Assembly: GCF_006345805.1 (NCBI RefSeq)
Contig: NC_043002.1
Location: 62,000,001-62,064,000 of the forward strand
Direction of reading: 5' to 3'
Source: Octopus sinensis
Taxonomy: Eukaryota
Length of the DNA: 64,000 nucleotides
The notes below the pieces were generated by a model, which had not been told where the DNA came from, did not search any database, and saw only the letters and a program-made list of their open reading frames with translations. This document shows, piece by piece, positions 53,657 to 64,000 of the stretch (position 1 is its first letter; the number at the start of each line of letters is the position of its first letter). The position numbers were made by a program, and so were the translations under genes.

Positions 53657-54631
53657 AAATCGTTATGTTTACTTTGAGCGGGATCTAGATAATAAGTGAT
53701 TTCTTCCGGTGTAAGGGAGATAATCGCCTAAAATTATTTGCCTTTCTTTTGGACTGAATTTCTCTGTATAAGTATGTTGGAATGGTTAAGTTTGGGCTTG
53801 TATTTTTCAATGAAGAATGTTTCCTTGTTTAGTCTAATTTGTGTTGCTGTTCCGATTGCACATTGGTAGAATGGAAAGATTAAAAATTGTGGTAGTAGTT
53901 GCTTTGCGCATGTATGTAACAGCACCTGTGCAGGTGACAAACGTTATTCTAGGTATAACATATACAACAGAAAACAAAAATCCTGAGGAATAAATATATG
54001 ATATAATGTAAGAGGTAATTTTAACATAGAACTTTTGAACAACCTAAATCACTTAAAAAGTTTCTCACAAAGGCAAAAGTGTTTTCTGAAATTACGGATG
54101 CAAAAGTTAAAAAATGTGGTAGACCGAAATGTGCAACATGTCCAAACCTGCTAGAAGGATCAGAATTCCTCTTCAAAGAGGGGACAGAAATTCAAGATCA
54201 AATCTAATTTTACTTGTGCTTCTGAAAACATAATTTATGTCATAAAATGCTCGGCCTGCCACCAAGACGACGTGGGATCCACGGGACTATCACTCAGACA
54301 TAGATGCACACTGCATCGACAACAGATTGCATTCCCAGAATACAGAATGATACCCTTTAGTGAGCACATTGAGAAATGCGCAAAGCAACTACAACCACAA
54401 TTTTTAATCTTTCCATTCCACCAATGTGCTATCGGAACACCAACACAAATTAGACTAAACAAGGAAACATTCTTCATTAAAAAATACAAGCCCAAACTTA
54501 ACCATTCCAACATACTTATACAGAGAAACTCAGTCCAAAAGAAAGGCAAATAATTTAAAGCGATTATCTCCCTTACACCGGAAGAAATCACTTATTATCT
54601 AGATCTCCGCTCAAAGTAAACATAACGATTT

Positions 54632-54671
54632 AAGAAATTTGAAAAGCTGAACGCGAAACCGGTCATTTCTT
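54632..54671 (+). ncRNA. Minimal type I hammerhead-like motif (U3-A8 variant)
   Basis: aagaaat-UUGAAAA-GC-ugaac-GC-GAAA-CCGG-UC-atttctt: 7-bp helix I, palindromic helix III, GUC cleavage triplet. Confidence 0.55.
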
Positions 54672-54808
54672 CTAAACTATGTCATTGTATGAAAAAAATT
54701 TATAACCTTCTTCAGAACATATGACTCAAATATATATTTTTTAACCCTTTAAAAACAAGCCTTCTGTAGTTTTTTCACTTTTTACTATTATTTATATATA
54801 TATAATAT

Positions 54809-54839
<31 letters not shown>

Positions 54840-55205
54840 GTGTGTTGTGTGTGTGTGTGTGTGTGGTGTGTAGTAGTATATATATATATATATATGCGAA
54901 CATATGTTCATGTACATGATGATATATAAAGGTGTATATTAATAAACATGTTCATATTTATAAGTATGAGAACCAATTTATAGACACAAACAGATACACT
55001 CACATACACACATACACACGGAAACAAACAAATATGTTGAAATATGTGATTGCAGCAAATGCCAACAGGCGTAATGTTACCTGTGTCGTACACCGACATC
55101 CATTACTTTGGTTCACACACACACACACACACACAAAAACACTAACACACACACACACACACTCACACATGTGTATTGTGTATGTGTGCCTTCATATAAA
55201 TAATA

Positions 55206-55248
<43 letters not shown>

Positions 55249-55612
55249 GTATGACAGACCAGAAAGAAGCTAAACATTTTATTTAAAAAGTAAATCAGTG
55301 TGAAACGGAGAGTTAGAAAGGTGTAACTGTTACAACTATTTCCATGGATGTTACGATATAATTCCTGGCTGTTATTCACACACAATATTGTATCTGTAAT
55401 TTCGTGTTACAGTTGTCTTGCTTGTTTCCAATAGTGCTCTACATATGTAAACCATTTATCTACCATTCCATTTGAAATACATTGTGTACAGCACATTTTG
55501 CTTAGAAAACAGATTAGCACCAATCCAACATCAAAACCGTAGTTTTAAGAATTTTAAAATATCATATCCATGCCTGGAGTATATTTGGGCTTCAATATTA
55601 AAAAAATAGTAT

Positions 55613-55775
55613 GTGGTGAGGTGTGGCAGAATCGTTAGCTCGCTGGGCAAAATGTTCGGCAGCATTTCGCCCGACTTTACGTTCTGAGTTTAAATTCCGC
55701 CGAGATCAACGTTGCCTTTCATCCGTTCAGGTCAATAGAATTTGTACCAGTTGTACATCGTGGTTGACGTAATCG
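55613..55775 (+). mobile_element. SINE family C
   Basis: ggtgaggtgtggcagaatcgttagc...ctttacgttctgagtttaaattccgccgagatcaac.ttgcctttcatcc. Confidence 0.7.
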
Positions 55776-56623
55776 AATAGCCACGAAACATAATTCCTCA
55801 TCTCTTAAATATAGAACTATAAAACCTGAAGTATATAACTTTCTCCTCTAGGAACAAGGCCCGAGATTTTGGGGGAGGGGAGCAGTCTATTAGATCGGCC
55901 CTACTACGCAACTGGTACATCATTTATCGACCCCCGAAAAGGTATTTATGTATCAGTTGCCAGGAATATGTTTAAAATGAAAATTGGTGCATCCACTTGT
56001 GTTACATATCTAAACATAGGAGTGTTTAAGGCAATGAATTCGTGGGTAGTTGTTGGTTTGAATGTGATGTTGACGAAAGTGCAATAGCTCTTGACACAAG
56101 TATATACACTCATTACATAGTTTTCCTATCTTTGATCGTTTACACAGATGTATTCATATATGAATCGCCATGACTTGCAACGCTGGTTCTGTATTAGAGA
56201 TATACATACGTGTGTGTGTGAGCGTGAGTGTGTATTTGTGTGTATATGTGTATGTATTATGATACACACACACAAATTATATATATATATATATATATAA
56301 ACGCACTTGCTCGCAATGGCGGCTGTGTTTTATGGTGTCTTAGTATATAAGAGGTATTCTAGCAAAATGTGCAATTTCGACGACTAACCACGGTTAATAT
56401 AAGAAATTGTTAAGTCCAATACAGCATTAATCACAGACTTCAAGGATTACCGTATGTTTTTTAGCATAGTGTTTAACAATTTTTCTGAAGGACGTTTGAT
56501 AGTTACTTCTTAATTTCGGTTTACAAGAAGTCACGTAACATCTTATAAGCCAAAACCTTTCCCTGTAAAGATTTATCTGTCACTATCACGATAGATATCT
56601 ATATCTTTATCTCTAAACTATCC

Positions 56624-56698
<75 letters not shown>

Positions 56699-56727
56699 AA
56701 TATATTTACCTATCTATCTATCTATCA

Positions 56728-56819
<92 letters not shown>

Positions 56820-56931
56820 CTCTCTCTCTCTCTCTAGCTATATATATATATATATATATACATACATCTATATGTTTATCTATCTATCTATCTGTCTGTC
56901 TATCTAGCTATACACACACACACACACACAC

Positions 56932-56992
<61 letters not shown>

Positions 56993-58786
56993 GTGTGCAC
57001 TTGTGTGTATATGGATATGCTCATATGCATTTTTGCTATGTCTGAATTTGTGCGTGTGCGTATGCGTATATGTAGAGAGAGATAGAGAGCTAGTGAGTGA
57101 GGGAGAGAAAAAGTTAGAGAGAGCGAGGGAGAGAAAGGGAGGGAAGCTGATAAAAAAACCCTAAGTAGAAAAATAAAAAGAGCGAGTGGGTGAGGTAAAG
57201 AAGACTGATTGCAACATGGACAAGCCATAGAAAATGAGAGTGCCAAAGACTAACGTCATAGCCTTTACAGTAACGAAATGAATTCATTACAGCGTGAACA
57301 GTGATTTGCTGAAATGTGTTAAAAACCATCATTTTTTTTCATAGCTGTAGTTTAGCATGATGTAGAAATGACGGGGGATTATTACTTTTGATTTGTATCG
57401 TTCTATATATTTTTATTTTTTGCTTGTAAACTAAGCGGCCATTTTGTACAACCATTTGAACAGTGGGCAAATGTCATTTGACATAAAACTGCTATTATAT
57501 ATTCCGTCAGAACAATTTTGGCCATTGGAAATCAGGTAAGGTTGGATAATACTAGATAGAGGTCGCGCATTCCATTTCACTGAGTTTAAGACCTTGCACC
57601 ATCACATCCGTCCTGTCCATTATTCAACGTGAGAGCAAGCAATAAAGATTAAAGGGACTTCAATGTAAATCTGATGATATGCACACTTGTATTCCTTTTG
57701 GAAGGCGGTGATTTTATTGTTGCTGTTGTTCTTAATGTCATTTTTGTTTTTGTGCAATATTTGAGGCTAGTTGTCTATCAGTAAATGCCAGTGCAGTTCT
57801 CTCCGTTTTTGCTTTCTTTTTGTTTATGCTATACGTGCTGCTAGGAATGGTGTTGATTTTATTACAGCTCTTCTTGTTGTCAGTTTTAGAGGTATTATTA
57901 TAGTTGGTCAGTGTTAGGTCAAAGCTAATTGAGCAGATCTATGATCAAAAGCTGAAAGCCTTGACGATACAGCAATTTTTTTCTTCTCTCCCTCTCTAAT
58001 ACACCTTGACTGATATTATCTAATATATCGATCCGCTTTTAACAAACTAATATATTATTTGAAATATATTGTAACCATTTCTAAAAGGTCGATCGATACA
58101 GTAGAGGTACCCAAGTTGTTAGTGAGAATATTGTTGATGCCTGGATTGATTTTGTTAACGATTTTATGACTATTTTTATTGGTTTTAGTTTCATTGCTGG
58201 TTATATTGATAAAGGTGTTACTGCCGTTACTTTTCTCGTTGTAAGGCGTTAGATCATCTCTGATCCAATGGATTCTTTAACAAACACATTACAGCCATAA
58301 ACAAAACTCTACTCTTCTTTCATTCACACTCTATTTAGCTCAGCATTATCCTGTGTCACCATCCACCTTGACGAGAGAATCACGTGATGCCAGAGTTATT
58401 TGGTTATTATTTGCGTGAGGTTCAACTACTAATTTGAGAATGCCTCATTATCTCAATTACTTCGGTGACGTAAAGTGCGGAGTGACAGTAAAATTGGCGA
58501 GTGCTGCGTTGTAGCATATTCTGATATGCTTATTCTTAGGACAGCTGTTATTACAGTTTATGGTGAGGGCCGTTAGATGAGAGTGTTTTTGACGAATGTA
58601 ATAAAGTTAGTTGCGATCTTCTACATTGTAATGCGATTAATAATGGTGTAATTAGTAATGAGTATAAAAGTACACGTTAACAAGTGTGTGTGGGTATGTG
58701 ATGTATACATTTAGACGTCCATCATAGCACACGCAGCATCTAAGCATTGAATCTATGGGCACATATTAATTCAATGCTTGGATATA

Positions 58787-58851
<65 letters not shown>

Positions 58852-59115
58852 ATATACATATACATATATATGTGTGAATATATATATATATATATATGTA
58901 CATATAATGTATACATATATATTATATATATATGTGAGTGTGTGTGTGTGCGTTTGTGTGTGTGTGTATGTATGTATATGTGCATGTATAGTTCAAATTT
59001 TCAGGAGACAAAAGAGGAAGACATGTAAAAGTTCGAGTAGGAGAAGTATTAATTTAACTCCTGGGAAGATTTGAAAACTCTTTAAACTTTCGAGCCTGTC
59101 CTACGACCATATGTA

Positions 59116-59148
<33 letters not shown>

Positions 59149-59180
59149 TTAAAAAAGGAGATGTCGAACACGAGTGGTGA

Positions 59181-59392
59181 TATATAAAAAAGGAATGAAG
59201 AAAATGCTGACAAATAATTGAAGTAATTTAAGTAATTTAATTAGGTGAAAGTCTTTTTACCGGTTGCGCATTGTTATGATATTTTGATAAGTATAACAAA
59301 TGCGCAACCGGTAAAAAGAACTTTCACCTAATTAAATTACTTAAATTACTTCAATTATTTGTCAGCATTTTCTTCATTTCCTTTTATTATAT
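59181..59392. repeat. ~210-bp near-perfect palindrome (fold-back) of PLE-pLTR-like sequence
   Basis: Arms 59181-59277 and 59293-59392 are reverse complements apart from a few single-base differences; 15-nt spacer. Confidence 0.95.
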
Positions 59393-60049
59393 ATATATAT
59401 ATATATATACGTATGTATGCAGGTATGTATGTATGTATGTATGTATATTCGTGACATGGATAAAATTTTAGCAGAAGAGAAATGCAAATACAGAGAGATA
59501 GACAGGGGAGGCAGTTAGTTATATTGAGAGAGAGAGAGAGAAGGAAAGAGAAAGCGGAGAGATTGAGATAAGGAGAGAAAGAGAGAGTCAGATATTTACA
59601 TGTTGATTTAGCGATTGCATGTATATGTAAATATATGTTGAAATAAAGAGTTGTTTAAATTTTATTTTACATTCAAAACTCTGTCTCTTTTACCACAATT
59701 GACCTTGGTTTTCATATAGTTGTGATCGCCCACATATTAATCATTTCAATAAGCTTCTGTTGATTCCATACTTCATAGTCAAGCTTAGCCTTTCTACGGA
59801 TATTTTAAGAATTATTCTTTACACAGACGGTTCTTTCATTTTTGTGGACTTTGAATTATTTTCAAGTTTAGAATCGCAATTCCTATCTTCCCTCTTCGTA
59901 TTTTAATATTGTCATCTTATTGATATTTAATTTGATGTTATATCATGTGTGACCTACAATCATTACTCTACATGACATGACACGGACAATTATATCTACT
60001 CTGAGATTATAATGTATCATATATCTATCCTAATTTTCAATCATATACT

Positions 60050-60442
60050 AGGAGTGGCCATGTGGTAAGTAGCTTGCTTTAAAACCACATGGTTCCGGGT
60101 TCAGTTCCACTGCGTGGCACCTTGGGCAAGTTTCTTCTACTATAGCCTCGGACCGACCAAATTCTTGTTAGTGGATTTGGTAGACGGAAGCTGAAAAGAG
60201 GTCCGTCGTGTATATGTATATGCATATATATGTGTGTGTTTGTGTGTCTGTGTTTGTCCCCGCCACCAACATCGCTTGACAACCGATGCTGGTGTGTTTA
60301 CGTCCCCGTAACTTAGCGGTTCGGCTAAATAGAATAAGTACTACGCTTACAAAGAATAAGTCGTGGGGTCGATTTGCTCGACTAAAGGCGGTGCTCCAGC
60401 ATGGCCGCAGTCAAATAACTGAAACAAGAAAAAGAGTAAAAG
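60050..60442 (+). mobile_element. SINE family A, full length
   Basis: Same head, CORE-like block and tail ggcggtgctccagcatggccgcagtcaaataactgaaacaag. Confidence 0.85.
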
Positions 60443-60977
60443 GGCATGTGTCCTCGGGAATAAATCTCTCTAATCCTAACAGTAGTATGTGTTACACATA
60501 CATCTCTTGATGCCTTTTCCAAGTATGTATCTACTTTCGGTAACATCACACGTGTATGTCGCAACTGTTCAACCTGTTCCTGATGAACGTAGTACTTATG
60601 AGTTAAATGGGATTTTAATTGTTCTTTAACGAAATGAAGTCTTATTATTTCCAATTGCAACAGTGTTATTATTCATGAAAGGTAAAACTTTTCTATGCAA
60701 CCAGTTCAGCATGGCAATGAGAATGGTTTAACGTTACACTTCCTAATTCTGATGATGTAAACGCATGTCAAAATTGTAAGTTGAATAACTGAAACCTAAC
60801 ACAATCCTACCTACTCCAATATGTAATATAACGACATGAAAAACATTAGCACAAGTTTACAGTAATTCATCAGTAAGAGGTTGAAAATATATCAAACCTG
60901 CCGCAAAGTTTAACAATACGATACTCAGCAATAACTAACAACACTAAAAGTAGTGCACCGATAGAAAGACAGATAGG

Positions 60978-61080
<103 letters not shown>

Positions 61081-61109
61081 GTAGGTAGATAGTTAGATAA
61101 GTAGATATA

Positions 61110-61340
61110 TAGAATCTGCCCAGGAGTGCATGATTAAATTAGTGATATATAAACAGCAGTTACAGCAACGCTAGTAGATAGCATAACCGAAAAGAAGAGT
61201 TACGTTGGATTGCGTGAAGGCGACTTCAAAATTCGCTGTACTAATCACATATCTTCCTTTCAATACAGGAACAAAAGTAAAGCCAATATATTGACTAGCC
61301 ACGTATGGGGTTTGAAGTCTTACACCACACACCATGTAAT
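61110..61340 (+). mobile_element. Penelope-like GIY-YIG fragment
   Basis: LVIYK..VT...KSYVGLREGDFKIRCTNHISSF...LTSHVWGLK; same subtype as 62975-63365. Confidence 0.65.
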
Positions 61341-61579
61341 AAAGTGAAAAGTTCACACAGTATGTCAACGAACAAGCTATGCGTTGCTGAAAAATCGTAG
61401 ATCCTTTTCAGACCTAAGGTCTCCATCGCATTGCTCAATTCCTGATCTGAAATTGTAAGTGCTTGTAAGCATATGGATAAGATCTTGTTGAGGAATTGGA
61501 AAATACCACCCTTTCAGTATTGAGCAGCTGTACTGCAGAATCTAGACCTCTTTTCATTCAGCTTTATGACTTTACGGTC

Positions 61580-61615
<36 letters not shown>

Positions 61616-62024
61616 ACTCTAAATCCCACACATGTTTCTATTTGATTTTTGTTTTCTTCCGGTGTTTTCAACCTTCCAATTTTTACCTCTATTTTCTTGT
61701 CGCCTCTTCTCTTCTTTTAACGTCCTGTTTTTTTTTAGCTTATCACGCCATTTGGGCAAAGGCTGAGAATTGCGTGAATGCGCCTGACATGTTATAAAAT
61801 ATAGCAATATACATGAAATATAAAAGCAACATAAAAGAATATCCCAAGAAAACAGCAGTGTTGTGTTCTCGACACACTTTAGCCACCACCCGCATATAAT
61901 CATATACACACATATATATATATGTTGGTAAAAAGGGTAAGATAACAAAAGAAAGAAAGATACCTCAATATTTTGTAAATAGAGGAATTTATCTGTAAAT
62001 GTAATATGTGACAATTATTCGGTA

Positions 62025-62094
62025 GCCAATATAAAACTCTGAGTTTCGGATGCCGAGGTGGAAATCCACACCGCTATCTCTTCAGCTATCCGGC
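62025..62094 (-). ncRNA. Type I hammerhead-like motif with canonical CUGAAGA/GAAA core in a PLE 3' region
   Basis: gccggatag-CUGAAGA-gauagcggugtggauuuccaccucggcauc-c-GAAA-CUC-A-GAG-UU-uuauauuggc. Confidence 0.55.
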
Positions 62095-62974
62095 CATCGG
62101 AAAAACGCTATGAAAAAAGACGGTTATACAAATGGAAATTACTGTGTTATTGACCGCTATTTAGACAAAAGCGCTATTCAACTGACCGCTAATTAAGGTA
62201 AGGGGGTAAAAAGTTCATAGTGTACGCGTAAGCGCGCTTGTTCATACGAACACACATGTGCGCCCGCACACCCTCTTGGGTACGCATACATTCATTCACC
62301 CTCACTAGAAAAACGTACACATCTTCACTCACATATTTCGCTAAATGTATATCCATATACATACAAACCCACACGTACGCACGTAAACGTTCATACATAC
62401 GTCTACATACGCACAAGCACAAGAAAAAAACCTGGTTAAGGGTAACAATACAGAAAAAAGGTGTAAGGAAGTATACAAAATATAAAGCACCTTCATCTAC
62501 GAACATACCCTTATGCACGCACACACACACACACACACACCCACCCATATATGCACATACCCGCATACGTCTATATACGCATACACACAAACAACGCACA
62601 AAAAGGATTATACATACGTCTAAAAAGCCCGGAAAAATTGTAAAAACACTGAGTAAAATACGTCTATATATATGTACTCGTATGCCCGCACACACGCGCA
62701 CATCTATATACATACATACAGTATCACACGTACAAATCTACACGCGCGTACAAAGGATGCCATATACACGTCTATATAAGCACAGGGGAAAATGCAGTGT
62801 GGAAGGTAGAGTACAGAAAAAATTAAGTGTAAAAAATATATATCTATAAACCAAATTCTCTATAATATATGTATAAAAATATATAAAGAAAATAAAACTA
62901 AAAGATATAATGAGATAAAAAATCTTGTGCGTGGACATAATATAGAAAGCAGAGTTTCAATCTGTAGTCTTGGG

Positions 62975-63365
62975 GGACCAAAAGCGTCACAAAAATTTGG
63001 TCACATGTGGACATGATCCGAAAAGTTCTGTTCTTGAGTTCAGACATGTAGCGAGGTCTAAGCTGCTTTTCCAGATGAGTCATCTTTCCATGTCGCATAG
63101 ACCGCACTTTCCGCTGCCGTTGGTGTAGGGCTTACAATTGGCTAAAATCTTCCAATGGATGTTGTAACTGACAACTTTATCTTTTAATGACCATATATGA
63201 CTGGAAAATTTTGTCGTTTTTCTTTTGTCCCAGTTCCTAAAGCTCAAGGTGTGATTATTGAACCTGGTCTTGAAATTACCCTCTGTAAGGCCGACGTATT
63301 TCTTCGACGAAACCGATTCTTTAGTGTGTATAGAGTCCACAGTAGCTTCGTAGCTGATGGTCTCG
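62975..63365 (-). mobile_element. Penelope-like element GIY-YIG endonuclease C-terminus
   Basis: ISYEATV...KKYVGLTEGNFKTRFNNHTLSFR...FSSHIWSLK...WKIL..CKPY...CGLCDMER...LNSRTELFGSCPH. Confidence 0.85.
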
Positions 63366-63388
63366 GACATGCAAGCTCCATTCAGCAG

Positions 63389-63422
<34 letters not shown>

Positions 63423-63423
63423 G

Positions 63424-63466
<43 letters not shown>

Positions 63467-63819
63467 ACACACACATATATATATATATATAATATATATA
63501 TATATATATACACATGTGTGTGTGTGTGTGTGTGTTTGTTAATAACGCCTAAAAGAGGTACCTTTTCCGCTCACGAAAGTCAATGGAACTTTGGCTAGGA
63601 GAAACTGACGTCATCAGATGGTATCTAACACTCGCCGAGTGTTTCAACCTCAATTGTAACACCCTCCCGTTGGTTGCTTAGAGAGTGTGGTCAAATTACT
63701 GATCTAAATTTCCTGGCCTCCAGTTTGACTCCTCTCTCCTGCTCCACAAACAACAAGTTCTTTCAGCTGTCTCTCCAACCCTGCGCACAGCTACCCTTCA
63801 CTAGTTGACTGTGTGATTG

Positions 63820-63950
63820 CGAAACGTACTTCACATCCATGTGGTATAGGGTTCAGTTCCATCGTGTAGCACCTTGGAAAATATCCATGCTCTTCTATGC
63901 TTTGGCCCAGCAGAACCTTGTGACTGTATTTCGTGTGCATTTCAAGAGCC
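63820..63950 (+). mobile_element. SINE family A-like degenerate head fragment
   Basis: catgtggtatagggttcagttccatcgtgtagcaccttgg resembles the family A head and CORE start. Confidence 0.4.
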
Positions 63951-64000
63951 AGTCACATGTTTTTGCATATATGTGTGGGTGTGTGAATGTGTGTGCCTGT

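Larger units (their letters stand above)
53491..54797 (+). mobile_element. Penelope-like element: GIY-YIG fragment plus pLTR, preceded by an inverted pLTR copy
   Basis: 54025-54553 reads KCGRPKCATC, FTCASENIIYVIKCSAC..DVGSTG..LRHR...H, RLNKETFFIKKYKPKLN (+1 frameshift at about 54181). 53491-53911 is the reverse complement of 54376-54797. Confidence 0.9.

Noticed and set aside
57950-58300. Minus-strand reading resembling the Penelope RT C-terminus (PYNEKSN...)
   Set aside because: Similarity is too weak to call without an alignment.
60744-60776. CTGATGA...CATGTC hammerhead-like remnant
   Set aside because: No GAAA and no helix I pairing.
63606-63613. Perfect CRE palindrome TGACGTCA (also at 11703-11710)
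   Set aside because: One or two 8-mers are expected by chance in 64 kb, and there is no supporting context.

Overview
This is very AT-rich, microsatellite-dense eukaryotic DNA with no confidently identifiable host protein-coding exon. It reads as intergenic or large-intron sequence. The repeat landscape (several tRNA-derived SINE families; (AT)n, (AC)n, (AGAT)n, (AAT)n, (AAG)n and (GAT)n arrays) suggests an octopus-like cephalopod, which is my inference. Almost all ORFs in the supplied track are translations of simple repeats. The real coding content is transposon-derived: a complete but decayed mariner (2361-3606); CR1/L2-type LINE pieces; a Tx1/L1-type LINE fragment; a near full-length R4/Dong-type RLE non-LTR retrotransposon (27117-30845) in a cluster of R4-type 3' ends embedded in (AAT)n; a hAT/Charlie deletion derivative with a perfect 8-bp TSD; a Helitron helicase remnant; and four Penelope-like (PLE) GIY-YIG endonuclease fragments. 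The most interesting signal is a set of minimal type I hammerhead-ribozyme-like motifs from several PLE-type repeat families. One, present in both arms of a ~420-bp inverted repeat, carries an apparent U3-A8 compensatory swap of the conserved C3-G8 pair. A second U3-A8-type core sits at the centre of a ~210-bp near-perfect palindrome. A ~550-bp non-coding element always flanked by (AAT)n is a candidate non-autonomous partner of the R4/Dong family. All alignments were done by eye, coordinates of decayed repeats are approximate, and nothing was searched against databases.
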